This document shows, one piece after another, positions 24,301 to 39,090 of a stretch of DNA of 64,000 nucleotides (position 1 is the first letter of the stretch; every line of letters begins with the position of its first letter). Under the pieces are notes generated by a model, which had not been told where the DNA came from, did no database searches, and was given only the letters and a program-made list of their open reading frames with translations. Position numbers and translations under genes: made by a program. This stretch comes from Trichoplax adhaerens (Eukaryota > Animalia > Placozoa). The DNA is taken from NCBI RefSeq assembly GCF_000150275.1, contig NW_002060965.1, positions 310,001 through 374,000 of the forward strand. Reading direction: 5' to 3'.

Positions 24301-27300
24301 GTCTGTTCCTAGCCTTAGATAAGGCCTTAACATCAAGGATTAAAGTAGTTTTCTTAGACATAAATTAATGCATATTACAATCTAGAGTAGAGCAGATCAA
24401 TTTTTATATGTAGCTTTAGCGCGGTTACCTGCTAAATAGACTTGGCATTTGACAGGTAGTGTAGGTTTAAAATTCAAGAACTAATGTAGATCATTTTACA
24501 CATTTTCGATGGATGATGTCTACGCAATAATATCTGCTTTATTACCTAATTATAATCTAGACGTAAAAAGGCGTAGTAAGCTTGTAATTCATCTTTTCGA
24601 ATTCTAAGCATTAATAGTCTCAAACGAATCATTTTTTATTAATCTTCTCAATATTTTATACCATTTATAATCCATTTAATTAATAATTTATCATTTTTAA
24701 ATCCAGTATGGTGAAATTTAGCAATCGATAACAGATAAAATTACTTGATTATAAGTCATCCAATTAAGTATCGTAGCCATCAATAAGAACCAACTATATA
24801 TTCATAGTATATTTCTATAAATCGTGAAATATTCCAAAATCGATCTTTAAATATATATCTAAAAGTAACAAATATTAATGTCCAATGTATCTTCTTTTCT
24901 AATATATATTATCTCTTGGAATGGGGCTATGATTGGCATAAAGTGATAACTGCGATTTGCATAACATGATGCTAAGCCATCTTCAAGTGCTTAATAGCGA
25001 AGAACAAACTCAAGAAGCGTATGAACAATCTTTAAATAAAAAGTTATTCGAAGGCTATTTGTGGCGATGCAATGGAAAGTGGAGTCAGTATCCTGAAACC
25101 GATGTATATTTTTACCATAATATTATCGATCATGCTATAAAGGCAAATAATCATGAACTTTTAAAAAGTTTAATGAGCGATTTCTACTGGATGTCAGTCA
25201 AATTGAAAGTATTCCAGACAATTTATAAACTATGCATTGATATCGAGAAATATATCAAGTACTTAGCTTCCAGAAAAGAGGTAAATTCAACTAAACTATA
25301 ATCATTTCTTCCAAAAAGCGCTAAGAAAAGTGAGATAGTTTTAAACTAGAAACTAATAAAATAGCTTTCATTTCTAGCTGCTGACACAAGCTAAAAATCA
25401 TGTATGAATTATAAAACTGAGTTCTACACAAACCCTAACGTAAATGTATCACATTCTCTAATTACAGCACGGTAACATAAAATATAATATATAGATTTGA
25501 AGATATCAGATAACATATTTACCGAAAGAACGTGCTAAGCTATAATTCAACATAACAAAATATTACTTTAAATAGGCATCAATTAATTTTCCTTGTCCAT
25601 GAGTTACATATATGAAAGTATATTTAGGCGAATATAAAATGCGCTCATCGGTGTAATAACAAGTGTGAAAGCTATATGAATAAATTAAATGCTCATGATA
25701 GTACATAAATGTTTAATTTACTATCATACGTTTAACTTCCTTGGCTGCTTCAGGATAGAATTGGATAGTTTAATACTAGAAAGTATTGCAAAAGTATACA
25801 ATTCTAACTACTAACCCAAAATTGCAATGGAATTTTTAGGACAACGAAAATTACAAAATCTTACTTTCATTACTCCGTCAACATGAATACTATTTAGATT
25901 TAGAATCCAAGGACTTGGTTCAGTTTTTACTCATAATCGCATTTAACAACGACAGTACGTGGATTACTAACATGGCAACTACTCTAGCCAGTCAATGTTC
26001 TGAAAGCGGCAAATATTGGATGATAGCAGGGTAAGCAAAAGCTAATAATGGCTGATTTAAATAGCATCGTAATCATCAATAATATGATAGATGATTGAAA
26101 TACTAGCTAAAATTAGCCATGATCAGATTGATACACTGTATAGAAAAGCTTTGTGGAGGCAACTTAAAGGAAATTAGCCCCTGTTCTGGCAGTTTACTAA
26201 CTCAAATTCTTCGTCATACCAGCCACAATCCGGTATTAGTTCATTAGATAAATCGATTGCTCCTCATCACACAGGTCTTTCTAGAAGGACTTTGTAGAAT
26301 AGTCCATACTTACAAAGCGCATGACGACTTCACTTAATTAAAATCACTATAAATGCATAACATATAGACTACATTAATTCGTACAAGCGAAGCACCAACT
26401 GTGAAAACCAATATAGCATGTTATGTATTCAGAGAATTGAAGCAATTACGTCAAGCAAAACTAAGCAATTAATTATTTCAGTACGTAGCACTACCAAAAG
26501 ACAACAGACAGAAATCATGATAAATCAATGCAGCGTAAATATTTTATCTACCACACAAAACAAAATACAACGTTGTCATATAATTAGGATGTTAAATAAT
26601 TAGATTACAATCACAAATCATAGTAATGCCAAAATAAGCAGACAAAGAATAGAATCAAAAGCTTCATACTTTAACATTATACGCGCAATGGATTATATTA
26701 CCAATATAGCAAAATCGTAATTCAGCAAGTGCTAATGCAGTAATATTCTATAATTCTACAGTATACCATAGTTGCAGTATACAAAATCCTAGCATTATAG
26801 CGACATTTGTGCATCAAAATAGCACGTTATCCACTACAGTAGGCTACATAGCATATACCATCTCAGCCTAGGATAGTAATAAATGATTATAAATAACGAC
26901 ATGAGGATAGAAAGTCCTACTAAAACTGAACTTAATAGCGTACGTTTCTATATTAAAGCAGAAGACTATAGAAAGTGTCTGTTTTTGACAAATACAAGAA
27001 AAACTATCACTGATACAATATCACTATATTGCATATCAGTCGTTACTGTTGTGTTACTGTAAAAGAAATCGAATAAAAATTTAAAAATGAGATCATCATG
27101 ACCTACAGTAATAGAGTAACTATAGTACTGTAGATAGTATATGCAAAAGAATAGATCAAAATATGAAAATTTTACCATAGTATGTAACAAACAGAACTAA
27201 TTAGAGAGGTTATTATGGAATTGCTTTCATACAGCATAAAAGTATAGCAAGAATGAGCTAGCTATAAGCAAGAAAAAGTAATCAAAATACTTTCACTTCC

Positions 27301-30300
27301 ATGTTGAATATTTCAAATTAAACAAATCAGAATATCAATGTGGTACTGTTGATTCCTGAATTGTAATTAATAATGATACGGTAATAACCAAAACTTGCAT
27401 TTATAATGTCGATAGAGTGCACGCTAGTTTTTTCTCTTTTAATACTCGCAGCACTATTTACAAGTTGTGTTGGAGGCGATCATATCTACTACCTCTTTAA
27501 TAGACAATACCATGCTTAAGCAGGAAATGATAGCATAACTCTATATCCTTGTAATGTCTAGTACAATTAGCTATGATTATTACAATTCTAGATATAATCA
27601 AAGCAGAAAATTTTTAACAGAGCTATAAATCATAACGTCTTGTAGTAACCTGTTGTCACAAATTCAGCTTTATGATCGTCTAAACTTCGCTACCAGCCAC
27701 TTCAGGACTCCTACTAACTAAGAAGAGATACCGTGAGTTTGACTAACTACAGACTCACAAGTACTATGAGTGGCTGGAAGGTTGTTTAGCTTTATGAGTT
27801 TTATTCCAAAAGTACCTGAAAAGTATAGACCTTATTGTACAACAAAGAAATAGCAACTACGCGACGTAGTATCTGCTCGGCCTTATATACGATCCCCACA
27901 CGTAGGTGGTCCAAAATAGAGAAACAAGTTTTATATCATTTACTTGCATTGATATGAGAAATAAGACATAAATCATAATATGATTCAGTATATAGTCCAG
28001 TTATAAACAACATTAATTATTCGTAACATCTCAAGCTGGAGTAAATAAACAATACTAGTACAAACTCACGTCGCTTTGCTGACGGTTTACCGTAATGTAT
28101 CCATTTGTTAATAATTAACAGATAGTATTACCATTCGACATTATATATATCCCGGTAATAGCCAGGCACTACTATATTCACAGCTATGCTTGTAGAATAC
28201 TACTTTTCAATTATGCATTGACGGATGAAATGCTATATTAAGATTAGTTAATGGTCCAAAGCACATGATAACTAATGTACGGTGATGGCCATACCAAGTT
28301 AAGATTAGCAGGTACTGTAAGATATCTACAGTGTGGTACAATGTCCTTAGCACTGTGGTCAATTCTATACCAATCATTATAATGTGTTTAAAGAACGCTT
28401 GGGTATGCAAGAAAAGCTTGCTCTGTCGATAAGTGCTGTTATAAGAAAATGCAACAATCAAAACGGCAGTGTAGGAAACTCTATAAAGATTCTATGTTTA
28501 TTCAATTTTCATTAGAGTATTACTTCAAATCAAAATTGAAAGGCCCAGTGGCCACCCTTAGCGATATAAGGAATACCATTTTTAAAAATCAGTACTCTGC
28601 AGAAATTACTACCTTAGAGCTATTCGTTTTACATGAAGAAATCTGGAGCTAAAAGGTCCTGTAAGAATCTTATACTGATCTATTGAAATGAACCCATAAT
28701 CAGAGTCATCTAACAGTAGTATAAATACCCCCGCGCTGCTCGTTTCAAGGGAGGGTGGGATTGGTGCTAAGTTAAAACTAGCAGTGAACATCATCATCGT
28801 AAACGCAATTAATTCAGATTTCCATTAACATCTAATGTAATAAACAATTTTAGGAGGATGGAAAACTAATCCACAAAAATATAAACAGTTTTGGGAGAAC
28901 AACAAACTAATCTACAAAAGTAAGATGACAGCATCGCAACACCTGTTTATCTAACAAAAATTCTTGACATTAACTTCATTACTAAACCTTGATGCCTCGA
29001 TTACTGAGTTACTAATAACGAGTTATTTGTGAAAATGTCCACGTAAGAAATTAAGCTTAACAGTAGTAAGAGTGAAGATGGTGGTACGAAACCTGAGGGG
29101 ATTAGTGGTGTCAAAGATTTTACTTATTGGCGTTGGATAGGCAAATGCTATTAGTCGGTAATTTAGAGACGATAAATGAAACCCAAAGTGGGAATATAAG
29201 AAAAATTAAGTAATGAACGATTTAATGCGCCGCAATAGTGAGACGATTTACTAAGTAACTACCTCAGTATAGGGATAAAAATAGTACTTATAACGATTCT
29301 GGATGAAACTAAAGGCAAATGTGTTAACATCAACTAGACATACAAGGGAAGAAACAGTTACGTCTAACTGGATGGAATCCAAGACAATAGGCACGAGTCA
29401 ATCCGATACTATACCTCGCTATTGCGTCAGAGAAGATGGCTTGAGTATTATTAATGCACGAAAGATTACAGATGCAAAATTTGCCATCAAGGTAAGTCTT
29501 TTAAGCTCTTAAGAGGTAATAATTCATAAATATTCCTTACGTTATTTTCATAGGTATAATATTTCCAGCTATAGGTGTTGAATAATCTTCTTTCTATAAA
29601 ATATCATCAATCATTCAGATACAAGACTATGATACTGGAGAAATTAAATTTGACCTGCCAGTCTCCAAAAGAAATATTAAAGAAGTTAAAATTTCAGCAG
29701 ATGGAAATTGGCTTGCTTTCTTAATGCACATATCTCAGGTAATAAATGAGATGCAATTGAATAACTAGAACAACAGCAATTATACTGCAAATTAAATTCA
29801 GGACATTTTATGTTTTTGGTGTTATGGCACTCCAACTTGAATCTGAACATATAAGCAAATCGCCAAAATAAGCTATATAAGAATTACGGAGACTATTAAA
29901 GCCACTAGTTTTCAATATACGACAATGTCAGAGCAATAAAGCACTCATATGCTGCAGTTAGCGCTATCTTGTGGCAAAGAACTCCAGCGTAGATACAATA
30001 ACCGAAACTACTTTCCAGTATTTTTCAGTCTCTGTGCTAGTGACATATGAGAACTCGATTTCTCAGCTGTACTCTGTAGACAACTGATTAATTGCTATGT
30101 ATTTTCTTCTCGTTACAACCCCTGAACGCTTCTTAAGCAATTAATACTTTTATTTTATGACCACACTGGCTTAAATAGACTTCTACAGTGAATTCTAATG
30201 TCAATTAGCGTGAATACTTATTTTGCAATATTTTTCAAGTTATGCTGATAGATATCTAAAATTACTAAATAGATAGGTCGATATTTAGGAACTTAGGGTG

Positions 30301-33300
30301 TCGAAACGCTTGTCCTCCGTCCATATACGGTTCGATTATATTACTATAGACTAGTATACCCTTCAATCTACAGTACTGTACAGTGAATTAACTCGTAACA
30401 GTTTGTATTTTATATCATAATTCTACTAATAAAGCAGTAACTACACGCCTAGCTAAATTAAGTATGGCATATAACCTTGCTTAGACTGCTCTAAGGTATT
30501 CATTATTCATCAATTAATGATTACTTAACTAGTAACGTACTACTTTAATAGCAACATAAAATTATTTGCGTGATATACATGAAATGATATTAGCCATCAA
30601 TAGTTTGTAAGAATTTATCTGCTTTATTCATATAATGCATTAACAGAAGGTAAAATGACTGTCTTTTAGTTGATTTATCACATAACTGATCTCAGAAATT
30701 TGAAACTTGCATTATGGCATGTGCATTTATATTGTGACTGTTTGAGATTTTAGAATGGCATGACTGGCAGAAAAAACTCTGAATTAATTCAATAACCAAT
30801 AAATTAGAGATATAAATACCATGATTTCATAATTTTATAACATCAATTTATTACGATTATACAATTATGCTCGCCATCAAAATCGTCAATTTTAATTACT
30901 ATATAATTATGAAGACTGTTATCGGTCTAAATTTGAAAAATTAAAAACCTTATCTTACTAGCCACTTTCAGATCTTTCCTTCTCGACGTAGCCCTACTGA
31001 CTACAACTCAAAGTGCCGACGATTTGAGATTGTCAATATGTCAAAGTAATTACACGTCTACAGTCACCCACACGAGTAATACCATTGACTACTCTCTTTT
31101 AATGTGAGTGATTAACTAACTTACTAGCTACTTAGTCACCAACTAACTATGGAGAGATACTGTAAGCAAGACTAACAACTGCCTCACAAGTATAATAAGC
31201 GGCTGGTTCTAAGATTAGTTTATGAGCTTTTACTTCTGGTCATGCCACGAGAGTAGAGTACCTTGTCGTACACTAGAGAAGTATCAACTGAGCGATATAT
31301 TTTCTGCTCGGGCTTATATACAGTCGCCACATGTAGGTGGTGCAAAGTAAAGAAACACATATAATACAATTTACTCACTCATTATGAGAAACAGGATTAC
31401 AATTATTATATGACTCAGTACGACTCGAGTCAAGGTGTAAACAACATCAATCAATTATCACCATTATTAGCTAATTAACAACTAGAGGCTCAGCACCACT
31501 ATATTAATTAACAACATTAATTAATAGCAACTCTTACTGGTGCTAATGATTAATCTAGATTTTTCAATTAATACTTCAAGTAATAAATAATTTTATGGAG
31601 ACTAACAAACTTATTTACAAGATACGACGACTAGTATCGTAACATCTACTCACAAAATTGAAGAGTGAAGTCAAATCTTAGTCATAAAATAACTAATATA
31701 TATCGTAGATGATCCATTTAGCGAATTCAAATTTTGAGAATAAAAACAGCAATTATACTCGCATTTGATACATTTGGCATAAATGTAAACGGACAAGTTT
31801 AGACACGATTTATTTGAGATCTTGTGATTATGTTAGAAATATGGACATTAAAATCTATTAATTATAAATGGATGCAATCTATTGTGTTCGAATAAATACT
31901 AGGAATATTGAGATAAATATCGTAGCTATATAAAAAAGGCTGAAGAGATATTAAGAACAAACAGAAAGGTAGACGTAATAATGGTAAAAGTATTCACTTT
32001 GCAAAGAGCAAACAATCACTTCCAAAATTTTATATAAACTAGAGAAAAATATTGCTTTATTTTGACTTAAACAAATTAGAAATTCATGTAATGATTTTCG
32101 CTTAATTGCAGTTGTAAGTAATAGGATACTACTACGCAGTCATTGTAATTCACTTAAAGGAATTACGATACAGGCAGAATTACTGCTTCAACCAACGAAA
32201 CTACCGAAAAGTTACTCACAGAACTTTGAGTTTTTTAGTATTTGCTAGCTGGAACTAAACTTGAACTACTTTCTACTGAACTGAAGCACCTTTATACGCT
32301 ATACAAAGTAGTTGGTGGTATCAGACTATCAAATTACTATTCTACTCGTAAAGTATTCTAAATGAAACTATCAATTAAACACATATGATCAGATAAATTA
32401 TACTTCAGATTTCCGAATATTACTAAATTAATAACAACCATAATTGTTACTACCATTTAAATTTTTCGACGGTATATAATATATAACTATATAAAAATAC
32501 CAAAACAGATCAAAAGTTACAAATTAGAAGCTAGATCAAAATATTTGAGTTTATAAGTTATACTCGATAGCTAAGTAATATTATTTCTACTTTGTTTCAC
32601 GATCAAAATAAGCTATATGCTTTATCATAGTTATAGCATAAGTTATATGCGACTAAACGTATCACATAAGTTACGATCTAACATTGTATAATTTTTAACA
32701 CATTTATGCTACAGAATATTCCTAAGTTTTAACCCGAATTAAGAAGTCAGATTTAATATACTACGACACTAAGAAAAACCAACTGTAGTTAAACCATTTA
32801 AGTCTATTTTTTAAGGCTACAATACTTATTATAATACAAAACTTGATGAAGGATTTTAAAAATTAATCTTCATTACAAAAAGGTGATAAAAATTAGCCAC
32901 TTATCTATACAATTCTATACTCTGATTAATCTATGCAGATACTTAAACTATTATTACGTTCGAAAAGGTACATACATGGGAGGTCTATGACAAAAATGGC
33001 ATGAAGCGTCTGCAATTTAAAAAAGATGAAAATGTGACCCCAGACTGGAAATCCAATATATTAGAATTTCTCCCTTTAGAATTTATTCCTTTAAAAAATC
33101 AGCCCATAGTAGCGCAATTAATTACTGTGGATGGCAGAAAAGAACCTCTAGTAAGAAATACAATTTTCTGGTGTTTATTTTAATCAATCAGCGATAAGTT
33201 TAGATTACTTAATATCCGTAGCATTGACTTACATGCTTGAGAAGAATTGCAAATTATTTTTAATTAACAATATTTTTATGGATATGTGGAGGTCTGTTAA

Positions 33301-36300
33301 TCGAAGAAATCCTTTATTAATTAAATAGCTTTGGAAAATTCATGACTCGCAAATAGAATTCCGGCAGGAACTCAAGTTGCGTTCAATGTGGATAGAACGT
33401 ATTAAATTTGTATCCAACCTCAAAAGGAATGCCTATCGACCCTTACTTTGGGGCGAAGATATCATTGAAAATTTCCAGACTGATGACCAAAACAAGAAAC
33501 ACAACCATGAGTGCATTCCAAAATGCCGGATCATATTAGGAAATATATCAAAGAATCGCTCAACAAACGAGGCAGATCTACAGTCAAATTTAGCAAATTC
33601 CACAAGATTAATATTGCCATTGCACTTCCCTCGTAAAGGTAGTAAAAACACGACAGCATTCATAACCCTGTTACAGTTATAAATCATGTAGAGTCTCGGA
33701 CCGAGATTGCAAACTATTGAATATACATCTCAGTACTTTTATTAGCTAGATCTTGAATCATATAACAATATTTCCATACTAATATAATCTATTATCAAAA
33801 TCACAGCAGGACTTGACACAAATACTGAAGCAGGCGAGCGATTACGAAGTATCGACTATGTTTATAAGAAGAAACTGATTATCGTAAGATATAAGAAAGC
33901 GCTAGGATATCTACCAATTCAGCACCAACCTGGCGAACCAATGGACTTGACGGAAAAATATACAGACCAATTTAAATTAGTCTTCTTTAGTGAAGATAAC
34001 ATTGCAAGCATTGCTATCTCAGCAGATCAACAATTTATAGCAGTATTAATGTACTGGAAGATTGTTGTAAGTTTTATCAGCGATTTCGATAGATTACATT
34101 ATATGTATGCCTATCTACTCACCTTAGGTTCTTAATACTTGAACTTGTTCAAGCTATACAGCTCATGTTTGGACAACTTCTTTGCTTCGAATAGATAATT
34201 AAGCTCCAAAATGATAGCATTTGCTACTATGAAACCATCTATTGCGTAGAAAAAATTCACGATATCACATTCGTACCTGGCATGAGCGGCCTATTTGCTT
34301 ATGACAAAGTTTCTAAGCAACGTCTATATCGATTTACTATAAATGGTAATGATGTATATTGATCGCAATCTTTCATCAATAAACAAACTAATCCATTTCA
34401 TATTGTAATCTATAACTAGACAATGATGCTCAAATGCAAGAAGCCAAACTACCTCTCTTTGATCTGGAATCGGAAAAATTCATCAGAACTGATCACATCA
34501 TCATCGATACCAGCCATGTGTTTAGTGACAATGTCCCAGTGGCACTGCAATTAATTAAATATCAAAAGGAAAAATGTTGCTATTTAAAGGTTGTTTACTA
34601 AATAATTTGAAAATAATAGACAAATATCATTGTCATATCAAATATTTAAATGAATATAAATTCTTAAACATAAACTATGCAGATAATCTTATTGCTTCGC
34701 TTTAAATAATAAATTAGTCCATTTATTTTTGACTCAAGTTATTCGAAGGAGAAAATTTAGAGCAAACGCTAATGGGCAAACTTCAGCAGAATTATAATCG
34801 CTGTTTTTTACACGAAAATTATAAGTCAATTATCTTATTTCGAAATGATCTGTGCAAATCAGCCGACTGTTTAAATGAATTTAGACTCGAATCAGGATTA
34901 GGAACAGAACACTGGCATATTACCTTAGCTAAAATTTCAAATGTAAGTGAAGAATAGAGTACAGCAGTCATAAATGGAAACTAGCTGTCCAAAGCTATTT
35001 TACTTCAGCCTGGCAAAGCGAGGTTTCATATTTTCAGATTATGCACTAAATAAGAAAATTACTAAGGTACACGAAAAGGCAACTTTGCTTAATTTTTGAA
35101 TTGAATATCCATCTTGTTCGATATGATTCCATGTAGTACCGCTACCTTAACAAAATCTCCAACAATCAAGCAGACGAAAGGTTTATCAATTACTCTATGG
35201 CTTATGGCATAAACCCTAGCGATTATAATATACCTACACCTTATCAAATAGAAGATACTGAATTCAATGTACTGGCATCTAGATACAGAGAAAGCGATGA
35301 TATAATCATTTTCATAATAGAAATTAAGGTATTATTAATATTGATATTTCTCATCTTAACAGTTCTGTAGATATTTAATATTTCCCCATTCCTTCCATAC
35401 GATAATCGTTGTATACTAACCTCATTTTTTATTATTTTATTTCTCCTGTATTTAGTATATACAAAGGAATCATAGACTGATCATATTTACAGCTAATTGC
35501 CAAGACGAAACTAGTTCCATCTATTCTGATACCAAAGAAGCAAAGTACGAAAATATCCAGATCGTTTATTTCGATGACAATTGCTTAATTACTCATCAGC
35601 ATATCCAAGATAGTCAAAATACTTCGCAAAGCACCATTGATGTAAGTATTATTTTAATAAACTAAAATCTGCAATATGTCATACATCCTATTGATAAAAA
35701 TTTAGATACTGCAAACATCAATTCTACGTGTATACCCCCAATATTGAAATGCCATTTATCTTTACTTTTGATTATTCAAGATATACAAGCTAAATCAAAC
35801 AAATGACAATGAGAAACTATATAAATCTCACAAATATCAACGAGAAGATATAGGCGTCATCAGCAAACTAGTTATACATGGAAATGAACTGTCCGATGAA
35901 ATTGATGTCGATTTTTCGCCTTTTAAGGACGATCATGATATTTTAACAATAGATTTTGACCTTGAAGGCAACATCGATGATATTGTAAGTCCATTAATGT
36001 GTACGGAGCTTTAAAACTTTTTTAAATATATCTAAGAAATTACCGCAATCTAGCTTTTAAATGGATGTGTTAAACCATTTTTTCAATTAGCTTCAACAGC
36101 AATTTGAAAAGGAATATTCTCTTACTCACTGCACAGAATATTTCATCATCCAAAAAGAAAACGATATTCTGGTAAGGAATCATGTTCTTATAGCTATTCT
36201 TGTCTCAGATTTGGATCAATCGCTCATCAGACGTATTACCGGTGTTAACTTTTCCAGGTTTTAGCTGTAGCCAACAACATGACTAAAATTTTAACATACT

Positions 36301-36578
36301 GCTGTAGCAATGGGAAACACTATAATTTCGAATTTGTTCTGGATCTTAAAAAGATTAGCAACTTATGGTCTAGTCAGCGTTTAGCATTTATCAAAGATAA
36401 GAGTCAAATTCATATTTACGATAAATGCAAAATACAGTTATTGCAAGTTATACAATCACCTATTAATGATGAATATAGCGAAATATTAGGCAACGAGAAT
36501 CAATCATCGTTCATTTGTCGAACTAATGATCGTGAATACATTGTTTATAAAGCAATAGAGACGGTAAATCAAAGCTGA
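18357..36578 (+). CDS. Gene B: APAF1-like STAND ATPase with domain X + coiled coil + NB-ARC + divergent WD40-like beta-propeller, no CARD; about 21 exons, apparently intact
   Basis: Exons 18357-18952, 20368-21197, 21746-21973 (Walker A GSPGIGKT), 22883-23005, 23160-23308 (Walker B LFVFDDIW; sensor-1 IATSR), 23510-23946 (GGLPLAI; KSLL), ~24944-25280 (LHN at the MHD position; YFYHNIIDHA), 25840-26030, 29338-29491, 29619-29738 (VKISADGNWLAF), 32968-33150, 33329-33638, ~33807-34066 (IAISADQQFIAV), further short exons, and last exon 36258-36578. A stop-free, phase-consistent path can be traced. Confidence 0.85.
27654..28941. mobile_element. Solo LTR (family 2) interrupted by a Helitron
   Basis: TGTCAC...GCAACA with 5-bp TSD CCTGT (27649-27653, 28942-28946). 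Without the Helitron it is ~582 bp, matching the 583-bp homolog at 31062-31644 (tctgctcgg.cttatatac, ccaca.gtaggtggt). Confidence 0.8.
28055..28760 (-). mobile_element. Non-autonomous Helitron, second copy, nested in the solo LTR
   Basis: Collinear with 8777-9732 but lacks the internal duplication. 3' hairpin CGTC(A)GC-AAA-GCGACG then TGAGTTTGTACTAG; flanked by A (28054) and T (28761). Confidence 0.8.
29960..30556. mobile_element. Degenerate LTR, family 1
   Basis: Homologous over most of its length to 1406-1993; ends near GCAACA (30556); no TSD found and the left boundary is uncertain. Confidence 0.65.
31062..31644. mobile_element. Solo LTR, family 2
   Basis: AGTCAC (TGTCAC with one change)...GTAACA; 5-bp TSD TCTAC at 31057-31061 and 31645-31649; homologous to 27654-28941. 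Confidence 0.75.
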
Positions 36579-39090
36579 TGAAATTTCCTGTCCATAATAA
36601 TGTTAGAATACAAAATACGCTGACTTTTTTAGTATTTTATCTAGGCAGTTTTATATCTCGCAGCTATACATTGCATTATTTTTTTTAATCACTCAGCAAG
36701 AAATTGCTGATATTAAATTTCAGTTATTTTATAACGGCATATTTTCGGAGATAATGTGATACCTTAACAATATTTCGCTGGCCTTATTGATTTATTTTAT
36801 GTAGCTGAACTTACAGCAAAAGAATTTGCACTTTGTGATATTTTATAGATTGATAGTTTATTCTAGAAAAATGGGTATGCTAACAATAGCGTAATAACAA
36901 ATGCGCTGCCAGCCAGATTTATTGCGGCAGGTAAATTTGTTTTTCATAATATTCATCAATTGATATTTTTATGTAAGGAAAAGCGTGTACTATCGATAGC
37001 CTAATGACAAATGCGCTTCCAACCAGATTTGTAACTACCTCACCCAAATTTTACTCGTAAGAGCAGAAATTAGTAAGTAATTATCATTTTTATCCAATTA
37101 TATTATATTTCTTGTAGCTATACCGAGTAAATACATACGCAACTTTAAATAGGAGCCACAATGACGATATCATTAGATAGGCTTACATTAAATTCGCTAT
37201 CCATTCTTTATCTATCTTACTCTACCTATTGGTATAGATAACTGCATATTTTGATAATGTTATCTAATTATTTTGATTTATTTTTACGTAAACGCTTATA
37301 AATTAGCTGATTTTCTAATAAAATTACGATTTTTTATGCTTTAGTCTGACAAGAGAACTGTGTTACATTTATTACGAATTTCTAATAACAGGTAAATATT
37401 AGTGCTTAAAATCCTATCATAGGCTAATTGTGAGGTGGATAGGCCTGAATGTGGGTTCATGAAAGTTAAATGATCGTTTTAAATTCAGTTTGTAATAAGA
37501 AAGAACAAAATTAATTGCCGTAAAACCTCTGAACATAAGAGTAACAATTATTTCTATCTATAACAGTGATTATAAATAAAATCACTTGTTTGAAACAACC
37601 CTGGTATTTGGCTATCAATTTAGTAAAGGCAATAGACAAAAGAAACAAAATCATTCACTTTGAATCCCATTCATTTAATGATTTTTTCCCTTCGCTAATC
37701 TTATGATCACTCCTTTGATGAGAGACTACCCTTGTTCCTCCGCTTTCAACAAAGCATCTAGTCATAAAAATTAAATTTTAATACTAAGATATCCAAGGAA
37801 GCAGCATACAATTTATTATATGGCAATCTTTTAAACATTGAACTCTAAAATGTCAATTACTGGAAATTTCAATTAAATGACGTAACTTTAAATTAAAGAG
37901 TAGTCAGATAGATGTCAGCAAATATTATAACAATAAAAGCTAGTCAATTTTAGCTATTACTTGAAAACTTGCGTTACATTCTTATTAACCGCTCTTCAAT
38001 TTAATAACACTACTGATAGGTAGAAGAATAGATTAATTTACTTATTACAACGCATTAATGAATTCTATCTAATCATATAACACAATTAATTAACTCAAAA
38101 TGATGTTCTAAATTTTTGTAACATGGCAACATATATGAGTATACTAAAATTTATAGCACTAATACGGAGGATAGAATATACCAATCTCAGAACCTAAGAA
38201 ATTAAAATGGATTTACAAGCTAAAGGTTGTATTCCTTAGCATAGAATAAGTATGCCTTTAATAATTAGTAAATTTTACTTTTATATAGAATAAGATCATA
38301 CCATTCAGCTGCAGGGACTTCAAATGAGGATATAAATTTAAGGAATGTCATAGAATGCTTTCACTATCAGAGAATTCATTGAACTAACAAGATACAGTAA
38401 TTGAAGAAATTTGAAGCGAATATAGATAATATAGCTAGATATACTAATAGCATACCAGGAACAATGAGACCCGAAAGAGCATGGAATTGCGTATTTACTC
38501 TAAGTGCATTTGCTTTATGTTAATTTACATGGATGAAATGTTAAAGCAAACATTTCTAAAGAGAAACAGTGAACAGTTTGTGGTTTACATGAATAGTATC
38601 TACCTGGAAACAGGGATTATAAAGCTTCTCTACAATACTTACGCATTAATTTAATAGAGCTATGCAACAGTAAGTAAGGCTATTAATAATTACTAGGATT
38701 AAGTCTAACAGGTAAAAACTACAGTTAAACATAAGGATGAAGAAATCATTCAATCTTCTCAACCGAATTAGCCGTGCCAAAAATTATTACTGCATAATCT
38801 GTTTTATTATCAGATGTCACATTTATTTTATGGTCAAATCGACTTTTCCATTTACTTTCTATTGTTAAATTCCACTTGCGGTTAAAGACTACTACTCGTA
38901 CTTTGATGTTACTCAACGAAGTTTCTTTTTTATTCCAAAACGCCAAAGGTATCATTTCTACCATCAGTAGAGTGCTACTGACTAGTATGGAAAGAAATTG
39001 AAGTCATCCAAAGCCTCTAAGGCTTCATTGATATCTACCTTGTCTTCTACAATTAGTTTTTTCTTCGTTTGGAAACATGATGATCCTTTT

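Noticed and set aside
28207-28797. Three short ORFs inside the Helitron
   Set aside because: No Rep/helicase motifs; treated as chance ORFs in a non-autonomous element.
18357-36578. Naming gene B as the APAF1 ortholog
   Set aside because: It lacks a CARD and canonical WD repeats; more likely a member of an expanded APAF1-like family, so no symbol is given.
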